From positions 5,594 through 69,593 of the forward strand of contig DAOTXX010000152.1 of NCBI GenBank assembly GCA_034434835.1: 64,000 nt of DNA, read 5' to 3'. The DNA comes from Thermoflexales bacterium. GTDB taxonomy: Bacteria; Chloroflexota; Anaerolineae; Fen-1058. Numbering within the stretch: the stretch's first letter is position 1; every line of letters begins with the position of its first letter. The notes under the pieces are model-generated. The model was not told where the DNA came from. It searched no databases and saw nothing but the letters and a program-made list of their open reading frames with translations. This document shows, one piece after another, positions 28,249-38,172 of the stretch. The position numbers and the translations under genes were made by a program.

Positions 28249-29160
28249 TCACTTGACCGACTCTTCCGCCTGACCGACGAACGGCTTGATCAGATTCGTA
28301 AACTCCATCGGGAAGATGAACTTGGTCGAAGCGCCCGCCCCCAACGCCTTGAGCGCCTCAAAGTATTGCAGCGTCATCGTCTTGGCGTCAATGTGCTCGG
28401 CCACGTCAAAGATCGTCTTGAGCGCGACGGCAAAGCCTTCCGCACGTAGCGCCTGGGCCGCGCGCTGGCCTTCGGCTTCCAGTATGGCGGCTTGTTTGGC
28501 GCCTTCCGCGCGCAAGATGGCTGCGTCCTTGTCGCCCGTCGCCACGGTCACCGTCGCCTGGCGCTTGCCTTCCGCTTCGGTCACCACGGCGCGGCGCGTG
28601 CGCTCCGCCGACATCTGGCGCGTCATCGCGTCCTGGATGTCCTTGGGCGGGATGATCTCGCGGATTTCGACCGCCGTCACCTTGACGCCCCAGCGCTCGG
28701 TCACCTCGTCGAGCTTTTGGCGCAGCATGTTGTTGATGTGCTCGCGCTCGGCCAGCACATTGTCCAACGGGATGTCGCCAATGACTGCGCGCAGCGTGGT
28801 GGTGGCGATCCCTTGCGAGGCCATGCGGAAATTGCTCACCTGGATCACGCTTTGCGCCGGCTCGACGATCTTCCAATAGATGAGAAAGTCAATGCTGATG
28901 CTGGCGTTGTCTTTGGTGATCGAGGTCTGGTGTGGAATTTCCTGCACCGTCTCGCGCAGGTCAACCTCGATGGGCGTGTCAATGATCGGGATGATGAGCA
29001 CCAGGCCCGGCCCGCGCGTGCCAATGTACTTGCCCAGCCTCAGAACGACCAGGCGCTTGAATTCCGGCACGATGCGGATCGCCGAGGCCAGGATCACGAT
29101 CCCCAGGACGACAAACAGCGCGAAAATGCAAAAGCTGGCGGAAATAGTTCCAAAGTCCAT
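28249..29160 (-). CDS. SPFH/band-7 protein (stomatin-like)
   Basis: RLVVLRLGK, ITKDNASISID, TTLRAVIG, WGVKVTAVEIREI, AERTRRA. Confidence 0.93.
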   Translation of the reverse strand: MDFGTISASFCIFALFVVLGIVILASAIRIVPEFKRLVVLRLGKYIGTRGPGLVLIIPIIDTPIEVDLRETVQEIPHQTSITKDNASISIDFLIYWKIVEPAQSVIQVSNFRMASQGIATTTLRAVIGDIPLDNVLAEREHINNMLRQKLDEVTERWGVKVTAVEIREIIPPKDIQDAMTRQMSAERTRRAVVTEAEGKRQATVTVATGDKDAAILRAEGAKQAAILEAEGQRAAQALRAEGFAVALKTIFDVAEHIDAKTMTLQYFEALKALGAGASTKFIFPMEFTNLIKPFVGQAEESVK

Positions 29161-29199
29161 TCTTGCCTCCTTATGTGTGTTCTTCTTGCTTACGCAAGA

Positions 29200-29817
29200 T
29201 TACTTGAGCCGCGCCACGCGCAGCCTCAGCCCTTCGATCTTGGTGACGACGACATGCTCGCCGGCGGCCAGCGGCTCATCGGACACCGCCGTCCACAGCT
29301 CGCTCTTGACCTGCACCGTGCCGACAGGCGACAGCGGCTGCTTGACGACGCCGTGCGCGCCGATCAAGCGCGTCTGCAGATTCGAGACCGCCGGGAGCTT
29401 GTGCGCGCGCACCGCTGCCGAAACAGCGATGCCGAAAAAGCCCACCGTCGCCAGCGTCGTCAAACCGATCACAATCAGACTGATGCCCGGCTGAGTCTCA
29501 GTCGGCCGGACGAGAAAGATCGAGCCGAACGCGAACGCCAGGACGCCGCCGACCGTCAGCGCGCCGTGACTGGCGATCTTGAGCTCGAGGATGAACAGGA
29601 CAAACGCCAGCACGATCAGCACCACGCCGATGGCATTGACCGGCAGTTGAGCCAGGCCCATCACGCCCAACGCCACGCTGATCACCGCGATCGCTTCTGG
29701 CAAGCCCGTGCCGGGCATGATGAACGCGGTGATCGCCGACCAAATCCCGATGATGAGCAGCAGATACGCCACATTCGGATCGATCAACAGTTCCCGAAGC
29801 GTCGTTGCAATGTCCAT
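29200..29817 (-). CDS. NfeD-family membrane protein
   Basis: DPNVAYLLL, PGTGLPE, ELKIASHG, C-terminal OB fold (PLSPVGTVQVKSELWTA). Confidence 0.9.
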   Translation of the reverse strand: MDIATTLRELLIDPNVAYLLLIIGIWSAITAFIMPGTGLPEAIAVISVALGVMGLAQLPVNAIGVVLIVLAFVLFILELKIASHGALTVGGVLAFAFGSIFLVRPTETQPGISLIVIGLTTLATVGFFGIAVSAAVRAHKLPAVSNLQTRLIGAHGVVKQPLSPVGTVQVKSELWTAVSDEPLAAGEHVVVTKIEGLRLRVARLK

Positions 29818-29886
29818 ACCACACCTTCTTTCCCCCACCCCCGGCCCTCCTCCGCTTCGCAGGGGGAGAGCATGCGGGGGAGGGGG

Positions 29887-31404
29887 TCACTTGTCCACAT
29901 CCACCACCTGCTCCGCAGCCGGCTGAGCCTGCGTCACGCCGCTCATGCCTGGCACGCGCTTGACCAGCTCGTCAAACTTTAAGCCGGTGAGCGCTTCCAG
30001 CACTGGCGGCACCTGGGCAATGATCTGCGTCATGTCGCCCGTGAGCTTGGTCAGCCCGGTGCCATCGCCACCGCCCGTGTTGACCAACACAATGCGCTCC
30101 ACTTTGGACAGCGGCGCAGTGAGGGCAGCAACGATCTCGGGCAGCTTGTCAATAAACATCTGCGCGATGGCCGCCTCGTTGTATTGCTTCCACGCTTCCG
30201 CGCGCGCCCGCATACCTTCTGCTTCGGCCATCGCCTGCGCTTTGATGACCTCCGCCTGGGCCAGACCTTGCGCTTTGAGGACTTCGGCCTGCGCCAGACC
30301 TTTGGCGCGCGCGGCATCCGCTTCGCCCACGCCGACCTCGCGGACGGCTTCGGCCTGACCCTGCGCCACCGTCTTGAGCTTGACACTTTCGCCATCGGCC
30401 AGCACGGCCTGTCGGTTGCGTTCGGCTTCCGCCGGGCGGGTGACGGTGGCAACAAGCTCCTTTTCCTTGCGCAGCGCCTCTTGCTCCGCCACCAAGATCT
30501 CGCGCTGCTTGCGGACGACTTCGACCTGCACCTCTTCCGCCGTCACGGACTGCTGCGTCTTGAACCTTTGCAGATCATAAGACAGGTCGGACTCGGCTTT
30601 CTTTTGCTGGACGGAGGCATTGTATTCCGCCAACTTCATCTTATAGTCGCGGTCAGCTTCGGCCACGACCGTATCGGCGGCCAGCTTGGCGATCTGCCCC
30701 TGGCGATTGGCCTCGGCGCTCTTGATCGTCGCATCACGGTTCGCCTCAGCCTCGCCGATCGTCGCGTTCTTGCGCACCTGCGCGATCTGTGGCTTGCCCA
30801 GCGCCTCCAGGTAGCCGTGCTGATCGGTAATGTTGCGGATGGTAAAGCTGACGACCGTCAGGCCCATGTTCGCCAGATCGTGCGCCGAGACCTCTTGCAC
30901 GCGCTGCGCAAACGCCTCGTGCTCCGCCATCACTTCTTCGACTGTCATGGTGCCCAGGATCGCGCGCAGGTGACCGGACACGGTCTGGTAGGCGATAGAT
31001 TTGATCTCTTCGAGCGTCTTGGTGAGGAACTGTTCGGCGGCTGTGGCGATGGACACGTCGTCAGACTTGACCTTGATCTGCGCCACGCCTTCGACCATGA
31101 TCGGCACGCCGAGCCGGGTGTAGAACTCGGGCGTCACAATGTCGAGCGTGATGTTTTCCAGCGACATCCGGTTGACTTTTTCAAAGATCGGCACGACGAT
31201 CGTCCCGCCGCCCGCGACGATCTTGAAGCCGCGCGAGGAGCGTTTGCCCGTCGCGTCCACGAAGCTGTGCCGGCGGCCGGAGACGATCAACACTTCGTTG
31301 GGGCCGGCTTTTTGGTACAGGCTGCCCAGGACAGCCAACATCAGAAAGAAAAAGATCACCAGCCCCAAGATACCGAGAATGATCGCAGGGAAATTAAAAG
31401 ACAT
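29887..31404 (-). CDS. Flotillin-family protein
   Basis: YQKAGPNEVLIVSG, AAEQFL, GHLRAILGTMTVEE, DLANMGL, AEA repeats. Confidence 0.95.
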   Translation of the reverse strand: MSFNFPAIILGILGLVIFFFLMLAVLGSLYQKAGPNEVLIVSGRRHSFVDATGKRSSRGFKIVAGGGTIVVPIFEKVNRMSLENITLDIVTPEFYTRLGVPIMVEGVAQIKVKSDDVSIATAAEQFLTKTLEEIKSIAYQTVSGHLRAILGTMTVEEVMAEHEAFAQRVQEVSAHDLANMGLTVVSFTIRNITDQHGYLEALGKPQIAQVRKNATIGEAEANRDATIKSAEANRQGQIAKLAADTVVAEADRDYKMKLAEYNASVQQKKAESDLSYDLQRFKTQQSVTAEEVQVEVVRKQREILVAEQEALRKEKELVATVTRPAEAERNRQAVLADGESVKLKTVAQGQAEAVREVGVGEADAARAKGLAQAEVLKAQGLAQAEVIKAQAMAEAEGMRARAEAWKQYNEAAIAQMFIDKLPEIVAALTAPLSKVERIVLVNTGGGDGTGLTKLTGDMTQIIAQVPPVLEALTGLKFDELVKRVPGMSGVTQAQPAAEQVVDVDK

Positions 31405-31447
31405 TTTGCCTCCTTGTTAGTTTTTGGGTCGAATAGTCCAATTGTGG

Positions 31448-31601
31448 TGTATCCTAACATCTTGAACACTGGTGTCATTGCGAGGAGCCGCGCAGCGGCG
31501 ACGAAGCAATCCCCTGGTATTGAGATTGCTTCGCGCCCTTCGGGCGCTCGCAATGACATAAAGAGCGGGATTCTGCAAACTGTTCAAGATGTTAGGGTAC
31601 A
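31448..31601. mobile_element. MITE-like shell (TGTATCCTAACATCTTGAACA / TGTTCAAGATGTTAGGGTACA) around a GTCATTGCGAG palindrome
   Basis: 20/21 inverted ends with TG...CA termini; palindrome at 31474-31557. Confidence 0.75.
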
Positions 31602-31640
31602 GGACACCAATCGTCGAATAGTCGTCTGCCGACTGCTCGA

Positions 31641-32480
31641 CTATGGACTATTGGACTCGCTTTGCCCTTGCCAGACTTGAGCGACCCCGCCTTCCACGCG
31701 CAAGATAAAGACTGGTGCGCCCTTTGCAAACGATTGGCCCTCCGCGCCGATCGCAGGCATCGAATAGCGGCGGCCGACATCGGTGTAGGTGATCGCGCCA
31801 ACGCGACCTGGCGCAATCGCCACACTCACTTCGGCCGGGGTGCCTGCCAGCTCGGCCACACGGGATTCGGAGCTGGATTGGGCCAACACAAAGTACCTGA
31901 CGAACAACCGAAAGCCAGCATAGGCCAGCCCGGTCGCTGTGGCAAACGAGACCGGCACATTGACCACGGCGGGCAGGCCCAGCCCCATGCTCGTCACGAC
32001 GCCGGCCGCGCCAAAGCCAGTCAGGAACGTGGACACGGTGATCGGCGAAAGGATCGAAACAGGCTCAAACTCGTCAGCGTGCGTGTGCGCATGGCCGTCG
32101 CCCGGCCCGTGACCGGCCGCGTGCCCGGTGTCTCCCACGTGACCCGCGTGGCTCACGTCGCCCACGTGTGCGGCATGGCCGACATCGCCGACATGTCCCA
32201 CGTGTCCCACATCGCCCACATGACCTATGTCGCCAACATGTCCCACATCGCCAATATGACCCAGAGCACCCACATGGCCTATATCGGTCACATGACCCAT
32301 GTCGCCTACGTGACCGATGTCGCCCACGTGGCCTATATCGCCCAGGTCAAGATGGCCCGCACCCCCATCGCCGCCGAGATGCACCTGCGGCAGGTGAAGG
32401 TGGCCTAACAGAAACGCTACGAGCGCGTAAAACACGCCGATGCCCAAGCAGGTGAGGTAGACGATGTCTACGGTTTGCAT
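31641..32480 (-). CDS. NfeD-like protein with a His-rich GD(I/V)GHV repeat region
   Basis: TM1, about 11 hexapeptide repeats, ILSPITVSTFLTGFG TM pair, OB-fold tail (AEVSVAI...GAITY). Confidence 0.85.
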   Translation of the reverse strand: MQTVDIVYLTCLGIGVFYALVAFLLGHLHLPQVHLGGDGGAGHLDLGDIGHVGDIGHVGDMGHVTDIGHVGALGHIGDVGHVGDIGHVGDVGHVGHVGDVGHAAHVGDVSHAGHVGDTGHAAGHGPGDGHAHTHADEFEPVSILSPITVSTFLTGFGAAGVVTSMGLGLPAVVNVPVSFATATGLAYAGFRLFVRYFVLAQSSSESRVAELAGTPAEVSVAIAPGRVGAITYTDVGRRYSMPAIGAEGQSFAKGAPVFILRVEGGVAQVWQGQSESNSP

Positions 32481-32554
32481 GTCACACCTCCAATACCTAA
32501 TACCCAATCCCCACTCCCCAATGTCGTCAGGTATTGGATATTAGGTATTGGGTA

Positions 32555-33367
32555 TCACGCCCTTGCGCGATATACCTCGTCCATTGAGGACACGACGTCG
32601 TGCAGTTGCTTGACCTGCTCCGAGATGTCCTCGCGCAATCGCTGCGCGCGTCCGCTGTCAATGTCTTTGACGCCGACGATCAACAGTTGCGAATAGATCG
32701 TCCCCATGGCCGTGAGCGTGCTATCCATCTGAAGCTCGGCCCGCTGCATCATATTTTCGAGCTGCTGCAAATTCGCCAGTTGCGCCTTCTTGGACTCAAT
32801 GGTGTGCATCATCTGCTTGCGCACTGCCGGATCGTCTTCGATCTTGAGCTTGGCCGCCAGGTTTTGGATCGCCTGCGGCACCGAGCGCATATCCTGATGG
32901 ATCACCTCATCGGTTTCAAACGAGTCAAGTCGCTGCGCCAACTGATACAGGTTGTTGAGCCATTCGTCAATTTGAGTCGCCGTGTCGCGCAAGTGATCGC
33001 GCAGCACGCCCTCCCGCGTCCGCGCAACCGTTTCGGCGATGCGCTGGCGATATTCCAGCGCCTTTTCGATCCGGTCGCGCACCGCTTCGCCCCGCAGTTG
33101 CTGCGGATTGAACTCGTGGCGCAGCAACTCGGCGACTGCCTTGGCGTTGGCCGCCGGGTCGGTCAGGATGCTGACGAACAGCGCCAGCCACAGCACAATC
33201 CCGCCTGCCAGGTAAAACCACCGCCATCCCTCGTTAATGGGCGAAAAGGCCGTGAACAAAATCGTCAATGCGATGACCACCCCGCTCTTCCAATCAAAAA
33301 TCGCGTTCTCGATGATCGCGCGCGTCGCGCGCTTGCGCAAAATCTCTTGAGGGCGCTCGTAGGTCAT
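32555..33367 (-). CDS. Membrane-anchored coiled-coil hypothetical protein
   Basis: Two N-terminal TM helices then a long helical region; within the PspA/vWA cluster. Confidence 0.85.
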   Translation of the reverse strand: MTYERPQEILRKRATRAIIENAIFDWKSGVVIALTILFTAFSPINEGWRWFYLAGGIVLWLALFVSILTDPAANAKAVAELLRHEFNPQQLRGEAVRDRIEKALEYRQRIAETVARTREGVLRDHLRDTATQIDEWLNNLYQLAQRLDSFETDEVIHQDMRSVPQAIQNLAAKLKIEDDPAVRKQMMHTIESKKAQLANLQQLENMMQRAELQMDSTLTAMGTIYSQLLIVGVKDIDSGRAQRLREDISEQVKQLHDVVSSMDEVYRARA

Positions 33368-33379
33368 GGGATGCTCCGT

Positions 33380-34705
33380 TCAGGCTGTGATGGCGGATGC
33401 TTTCTTGGCAGCAATCAATTCGAATAACTCTCGCACTTTCGGATTGTCCGGCTCAAGCCTTTGCGCTTCGCGCAGCGCCGACTCGGCTCGATCGTAACGC
33501 TTGAGGCCTACATAGGCTGATGCCAAGGCCAGGTGATACGTCAGGATGGTGGGCGCGCCCGCCGTGGCGCGGCGAAAGTGAACCGCCGCCAGCGCCCACA
33601 TCTTTTTCCGTGCGTACGCGCGCCCGCGCTGGTAAAACGCAGAATGGGTGTGGATGCCTTTGTCCGGCGCGCACCAGTATCGCTCGTGATCCACCATAAA
33701 GTCTTCCTCGATGCGCAGCAAAAGGAAAACTGGCGCCGCGGAAAGAACCAAAAGGACAACCGCTTCCCAACCAGGGCGCACCGCCAGCAGCGCCAGAGGC
33801 ACCACCGCGGCCAGAACCGCCAATCCCACCATAAACCAGTAAATGGGCCGCCAGCGCAAATAGATCAGCACGGCTTGAACGAGTTGGATCGTCATCCCGA
33901 TCACAAACGCCCAAAAGGCGGCCGGGGGCAGCTTGCTAAGGATAATGGACGTGACATCAGACGGAAGTGTGTTGAGTCCCAGATACACGCCCAAGAACTG
34001 CTCCGCCGTCTGGATTCGCCCTTCCATCACCAGTCGCCCGAACTGCAGCGTCAGGAACACAACAAACAAGTAATTCCCGGTCGTGATGTTCGTGATCATG
34101 TTGCCCATCAAGATCCAGAACCAGTACGAGCCTTCCGGCCGCCGCCGCTTGTGGGTCCAAAGTGCGCCTTTGCAGGCCTTGCACCGTTTGTCCTTGGGCT
34201 GAGTCGGCGCCGCGCAGTACGGGCACAGGGTCTCGTCGCTTAGCTCGTCAATCGCTTCCAGCACGGCCGGTGATTGTGGCGTTCCCCATTCGTCACCGAG
34301 CTGGGTGACCGATTCGACGGGCGGCTCGGGCTGGAGTGGCTCAGGCTCCGGCTCCTTCGGCGGGCCATACAACATGGCCGCCGCCGGAGTCAGCGGAGTC
34401 GCCGTGCGGCGCGACTGGCTTTCCGAGATCAGCGGCGGGACGTAGACCGATTGCTCCCTCTGCTCTCGAATCCAATCCAGGCCCCGGCGCGCCGCCTGAT
34501 TGTCCGGGTCAAGCGTCAGGACATTTTCCAGGCAGAGTTGCCTATCGTCCAAACTGTCCATCACACCCGAAAGCCACAGCCAGGCTGCGACGTTCCGCTC
34601 ATCTCGATCGAGCGCCCGCATCAGCAAAAGGCGCGCGGTTTCCTTCTGGCCGGACCTGGCCGCGGCGATGCCCTGTTGAAGCAGTTCTGCCGAATCGCTC
34701 GTCAC
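33380..34705 (-). CDS. TPR / zinc-ribbon / multi-TM / TPR protein (paralog of 11003-12211)
   Basis: AAWLWLSGV...CLENVLTLDPDN, CPYC...CKAC, TM block, C-terminal TPRs. Confidence 0.88.
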   Translation of the reverse strand: MTSDSAELLQQGIAAARSGQKETARLLLMRALDRDERNVAAWLWLSGVMDSLDDRQLCLENVLTLDPDNQAARRGLDWIREQREQSVYVPPLISESQSRRTATPLTPAAAMLYGPPKEPEPEPLQPEPPVESVTQLGDEWGTPQSPAVLEAIDELSDETLCPYCAAPTQPKDKRCKACKGALWTHKRRRPEGSYWFWILMGNMITNITTGNYLFVVFLTLQFGRLVMEGRIQTAEQFLGVYLGLNTLPSDVTSIILSKLPPAAFWAFVIGMTIQLVQAVLIYLRWRPIYWFMVGLAVLAAVVPLALLAVRPGWEAVVLLVLSAAPVFLLLRIEEDFMVDHERYWCAPDKGIHTHSAFYQRGRAYARKKMWALAAVHFRRATAGAPTILTYHLALASAYVGLKRYDRAESALREAQRLEPDNPKVRELFELIAAKKASAITA

Positions 34706-34734
34706 AGTCTCCCTCGCGCGTCAGGTCTCGCGCA

Positions 34735-36450
34735 TCAAAAGTATGTCGAAAGAATCTTGTAAAGCTGCTTGATCGTCTCGACCGTGCCCTCACGCGCCTG
34801 GCCGCCGGTCGCTTCGGAAATCGCCCGGAGCGTCATCCAGTCCGCATCTTTGCCATAGCCGATGCTGAACACGACGACCGGCACACCGGACTGGTTCGTG
34901 TCACGCAGGTACTTGGTCAGGCGGTCGAGCCGAATGCTCGAATTGTTCTCCAACCCGTCCGTCATCACGACGATGGCGTTGATGCGGCCCTTGTCATTCA
35001 GCTTTTGCAATTCATCGTAGGCTGCCTTGACCCCGTCGAGCAGCGCCGTATTGCCGCCGGCCTTGATCGAATCAATCGTCGAGTTGAGCACGGCGCGGTT
35101 CGTCCGTAGCTCCTTGGCCGGGATCGTCTGATAGACGCTGCTGGAAAACAGCACCATCCCCACGCGCTCCTGATCGCTCTGGAACTGCTCGACGAAAATC
35201 TTGAGCGCCTGCTTGACGTTGGCGATCTTGTCGCCTTGCATGCTGCCGGACGTGTCCACGACAAGCATCACGTTCGCGCGCCGCTTGGCCTGCCACCACG
35301 CCTGCTGGATCGTCTGCAAGACCGCCGGCGCGGGAACCTGCAGCGAGGTCTTGGGCTGCGAAGGATCCACTCCGTTGTTGGGGTTGATGGGTGAGCCGGG
35401 CGAATTGATCGGGACATTTAGGTCGGCAGGACGATAGCCCAACGCCAGCACCTTCTTTTGCGCTTCCGACGAGCGGACAAAATCGGAAAAGCGCGCAAAG
35501 GTCAATCGCTGCGCATCGGCCAGGCCTGGCTGCTCGAGCAACGCGAGCGGATGGTCCTGCCACAGCGCGCCTTCCGCCGGATAGATGGCAACCAAGTCAG
35601 CGCCCTTGCTGCGCGCCCAGAGGACGATCTGCTCGGAGCAGACAAACGCATCGAGGTAACTGCGCCCCTGTTGGACAACGCGCTGCGCGATAGGCCATTC
35701 GCCTTCGCCATAGTAACGCACCGTCTTTTCGATCGCGTTCACGTAATCGAGCGTGCGCTGCGCCTGCACATCTTCGACCGTCAGGCCGCGAGTCTTGCCA
35801 GAACCCGCGTAAAATTCGGCCAGCGTCGCCAACAGCCCCGAAGCCGACGCCGTCGAAGGGTGACTCCATTTAAAGTTTGGATCGGCCTGCGCCTTGGCGA
35901 GCAGATCGCTCCACCCCAATTCTTTGCCGGGATAACCCATAGACTGCGCCACGTTGCGCCACATCGCGATCACGACCGGCGAGACGGCATAGCGCGTCGT
36001 CTGGCCCACGAGCGTCCCTTCGCCACCGTGCGCGTCGGCCCAGGCCCGGTCCACCTGGCCGAGCCAAATGGACGAGTCGGGCGACATGGCCTGAAAGCTC
36101 CCGGCGATGGCGCCTGCGATCATGGCGTCCGGCTCCAGCTCGACCGTTTTGACGATCAGCCGGGTGCCTTCGGGTGATTTGAGGCCCTGCGCATTAAAGC
36201 TATCCACGAGCGACTTGAACAGTTCGGCTTTCTCCGGCGAATAGGCGATCGTCAGCTCGGCGGACTGGGGCGGCGCGACCTGTTGGCTGGTGGGCTGGGT
36301 CGCTGAAGGAAGCAAAGCGGCCAGGATGACCCAGGTACCGCAGCACAGCCCCAGCAACACCAGCGCACCTGCTGCCAGCCACGCGACCGTTTGCGTCGTC
36401 GCCGGAGATTTTTTGCGAGTGGATTTTCTTGAATAGGTCATTCCCATCAT
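34735..36450 (-). CDS. Extracellular solute-binding domain plus von Willebrand factor A domain protein
   Basis: TM anchor, YSPEK...SPDSS...SPVVIAMW, MIDAS motif DTSGSMQG, GGNTALLD, VMTDGLEN. Confidence 0.92.
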   Translation of the reverse strand: MMGMTYSRKSTRKKSPATTQTVAWLAAGALVLLGLCCGTWVILAALLPSATQPTSQQVAPPQSAELTIAYSPEKAELFKSLVDSFNAQGLKSPEGTRLIVKTVELEPDAMIAGAIAGSFQAMSPDSSIWLGQVDRAWADAHGGEGTLVGQTTRYAVSPVVIAMWRNVAQSMGYPGKELGWSDLLAKAQADPNFKWSHPSTASASGLLATLAEFYAGSGKTRGLTVEDVQAQRTLDYVNAIEKTVRYYGEGEWPIAQRVVQQGRSYLDAFVCSEQIVLWARSKGADLVAIYPAEGALWQDHPLALLEQPGLADAQRLTFARFSDFVRSSEAQKKVLALGYRPADLNVPINSPGSPINPNNGVDPSQPKTSLQVPAPAVLQTIQQAWWQAKRRANVMLVVDTSGSMQGDKIANVKQALKIFVEQFQSDQERVGMVLFSSSVYQTIPAKELRTNRAVLNSTIDSIKAGGNTALLDGVKAAYDELQKLNDKGRINAIVVMTDGLENNSSIRLDRLTKYLRDTNQSGVPVVVFSIGYGKDADWMTLRAISEATGGQAREGTVETIKQLYKILSTYF

Positions 36451-36676
36451 CCTATGGCAGTGGACGTTGGCGCACGTAGCTGCGTTCCACGACCGTAAAC
36501 TTGCCTTCCGATGGTATCTTGCTCACGGTCAGCAACTCAATCTTGAATGACGGCAGTGATGTCGTGACCTGTGCTCTGTAAGCGCCGTTTCATTCGTACA
36601 GGCGGCATCCCTATGCCGCTTACCGACGCATGGGGATGCGTCGGTTACGGACTTGTTCTCAGTGTGACAAATCGAG

Positions 36677-36832
36677 TCACTGAGCCTTGCCTTCCGCCAA
36701 TGCCTTTTGATAGGCCTTCCAGCCCGGACACCAGGTGGTGTGCCAGCGCCAGAGCCTGGCAAGGAGCGAGTTCGGTTTTTGCTCGGCGCGCTTTCGGATC
36801 GGGCAGCTTTCACAGGCGAATTTCTTGTCCAT
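36677..36832 (-). CDS. 51-aa Cys/Trp-rich small protein (not in the ORF track)
   Basis: MDKKFACESCPIRKRAEQKPNSLLARLWRWHTTWCPGWKAYQKALAEGKAQ; AGGAG RBS. Confidence 0.7.
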   Translation of the reverse strand: MDKKFACESCPIRKRAEQKPNSLLARLWRWHTTWCPGWKAYQKALAEGKAQ

Positions 36833-36866
36833 TGTGCTTTGCTCCTATCAACATGTCATCACCTCC

Positions 36867-38057
36867 CTAACGCTTGGCGACGTTGAGATCGAACCAGCGC
36901 AAGAGCGCCTGCAGCACATCGCGGCCCGGCGAGCGCATCCTCGAGGTGCCCGGCACAATGGCTACCACGCCTTGCGATTGCCATTTGGCGAACGGGCTGT
37001 TGGGATCGGCCATCACGTTCACGTCGGCGTGAACCGGGCGCAGGCCATACGCCACCGCCTTGCTCTGCACGTCCTTGCTCAGCAAGTACTTTTCAAATTC
37101 GAGCGCGGCGTTCTTGTCCAGCGCGGTCGTCTCCGGCCCCATCCATACGCTGAACGGGAAATCGAACCACGTGACGTACTTGGGGTATCTCACGGCCAGC
37201 GGGTCGCCCCAGCGCGTCTTGATGCCACCCATGTTCGCCAGCAGGTCGCTTTCCAGCAGTTGGCCCCCATCGCCGACCGAATAACCCAGCAGCGCAAAAT
37301 CTTCGGCGGTGTAGGCGCTGGCTCCACTGATGTCCGTCACCGAACTCATCAGCTCTTTGAGCCAGGCCTGGAACTTGGGGTCGGTCACGTCGGCCACGCT
37401 GATGTCGGGCCTGTCATAGTATTCACCCGCAGCGGCGATCATCGCCGCGAGTCCCCCGACGTTCTTGCGCGGGTTCGGCACCACGAGCTTGAAATAGCCC
37501 CACGAGCGGTCACCGCCCAGATCGGGCCAGCCGCCCTTGGCCGTCGCCGCGTCGTGCAGCGTCTTCCAGTTGATCTCGCCGAATTTTTGTACCAGCACCG
37601 TGGCGCGGCTTTGGTAGATACCCCAGGCAAACAGCGAAAGCGCGATGGGCCTGGCGCGGTATTCGCCATCGGTGAGGAACACGTCGCGGCCTTGCTTTTC
37701 TTTTTGCACCGCGTTTGCCAGCTCGACCAGGTAACGGCTATCGGGGATCCACGCCGTCGGCAGTTGATCGAACGAGGCGCTATCGTAGCGGGCCAGCGCC
37801 GAAAGGCCGTCCATCGGAATGATCGTCACGTGGATCGGACGGCCTTCCAGTTTGTGGTCCTCGGCATTGAACTTTTTGGCCGCTTCGCTCACCCACGGCT
37901 CGACCGCCAGCGCCGTGACGATGCGCACCTCGATCGGCTTGTTCGTCACGGCGACCGGGGTGCCCGATCTGGGCATGAACTGGATGACCAGCCCTATGCC
38001 GACAATGACCAGGGCGAGGGCGATCACGAGGAAAAAGATCAAGCGTGTTCGGTTCAT
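36867..38057 (-). CDS. Membrane-anchored extracellular solute-binding protein (paralog of the SBP part of 34735-36450)
   Basis: PTAWIPDS, IALSLFAWG, WKTLHD, YPKYVTWFDFP, YGLRP. Confidence 0.88.
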   Translation of the reverse strand: MNRTRLIFFLVIALALVIVGIGLVIQFMPRSGTPVAVTNKPIEVRIVTALAVEPWVSEAAKKFNAEDHKLEGRPIHVTIIPMDGLSALARYDSASFDQLPTAWIPDSRYLVELANAVQKEKQGRDVFLTDGEYRARPIALSLFAWGIYQSRATVLVQKFGEINWKTLHDAATAKGGWPDLGGDRSWGYFKLVVPNPRKNVGGLAAMIAAAGEYYDRPDISVADVTDPKFQAWLKELMSSVTDISGASAYTAEDFALLGYSVGDGGQLLESDLLANMGGIKTRWGDPLAVRYPKYVTWFDFPFSVWMGPETTALDKNAALEFEKYLLSKDVQSKAVAYGLRPVHADVNVMADPNSPFAKWQSQGVVAIVPGTSRMRSPGRDVLQALLRWFDLNVAKR

Positions 38058-38172
38058 AAAGACCTCGCGGGGCGCGTCAAAGCGCCCCTCACTAGTGAGG
38101 AGTACGATTAAGGGCCCTCATCTCCCATCCCCTTCTCCGATACAGGAAAAGGGGGAGTGGGAGTTGAGGAAA

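Noticed and set aside
32086-32370. CRISPR-like or DNA-level repeat array
   Set aside because: The 18-bp periodicity is in-frame coding repeat with no unique spacers. No CRISPR array or cas gene was seen anywhere in the window.
36452-36565. Possible remnant of an acyl-CoA-ligase C-terminus (FKIELLTVSKIPSEGKFTVV)
   Set aside because: Too short, and the resemblance too weak, to support without a search.
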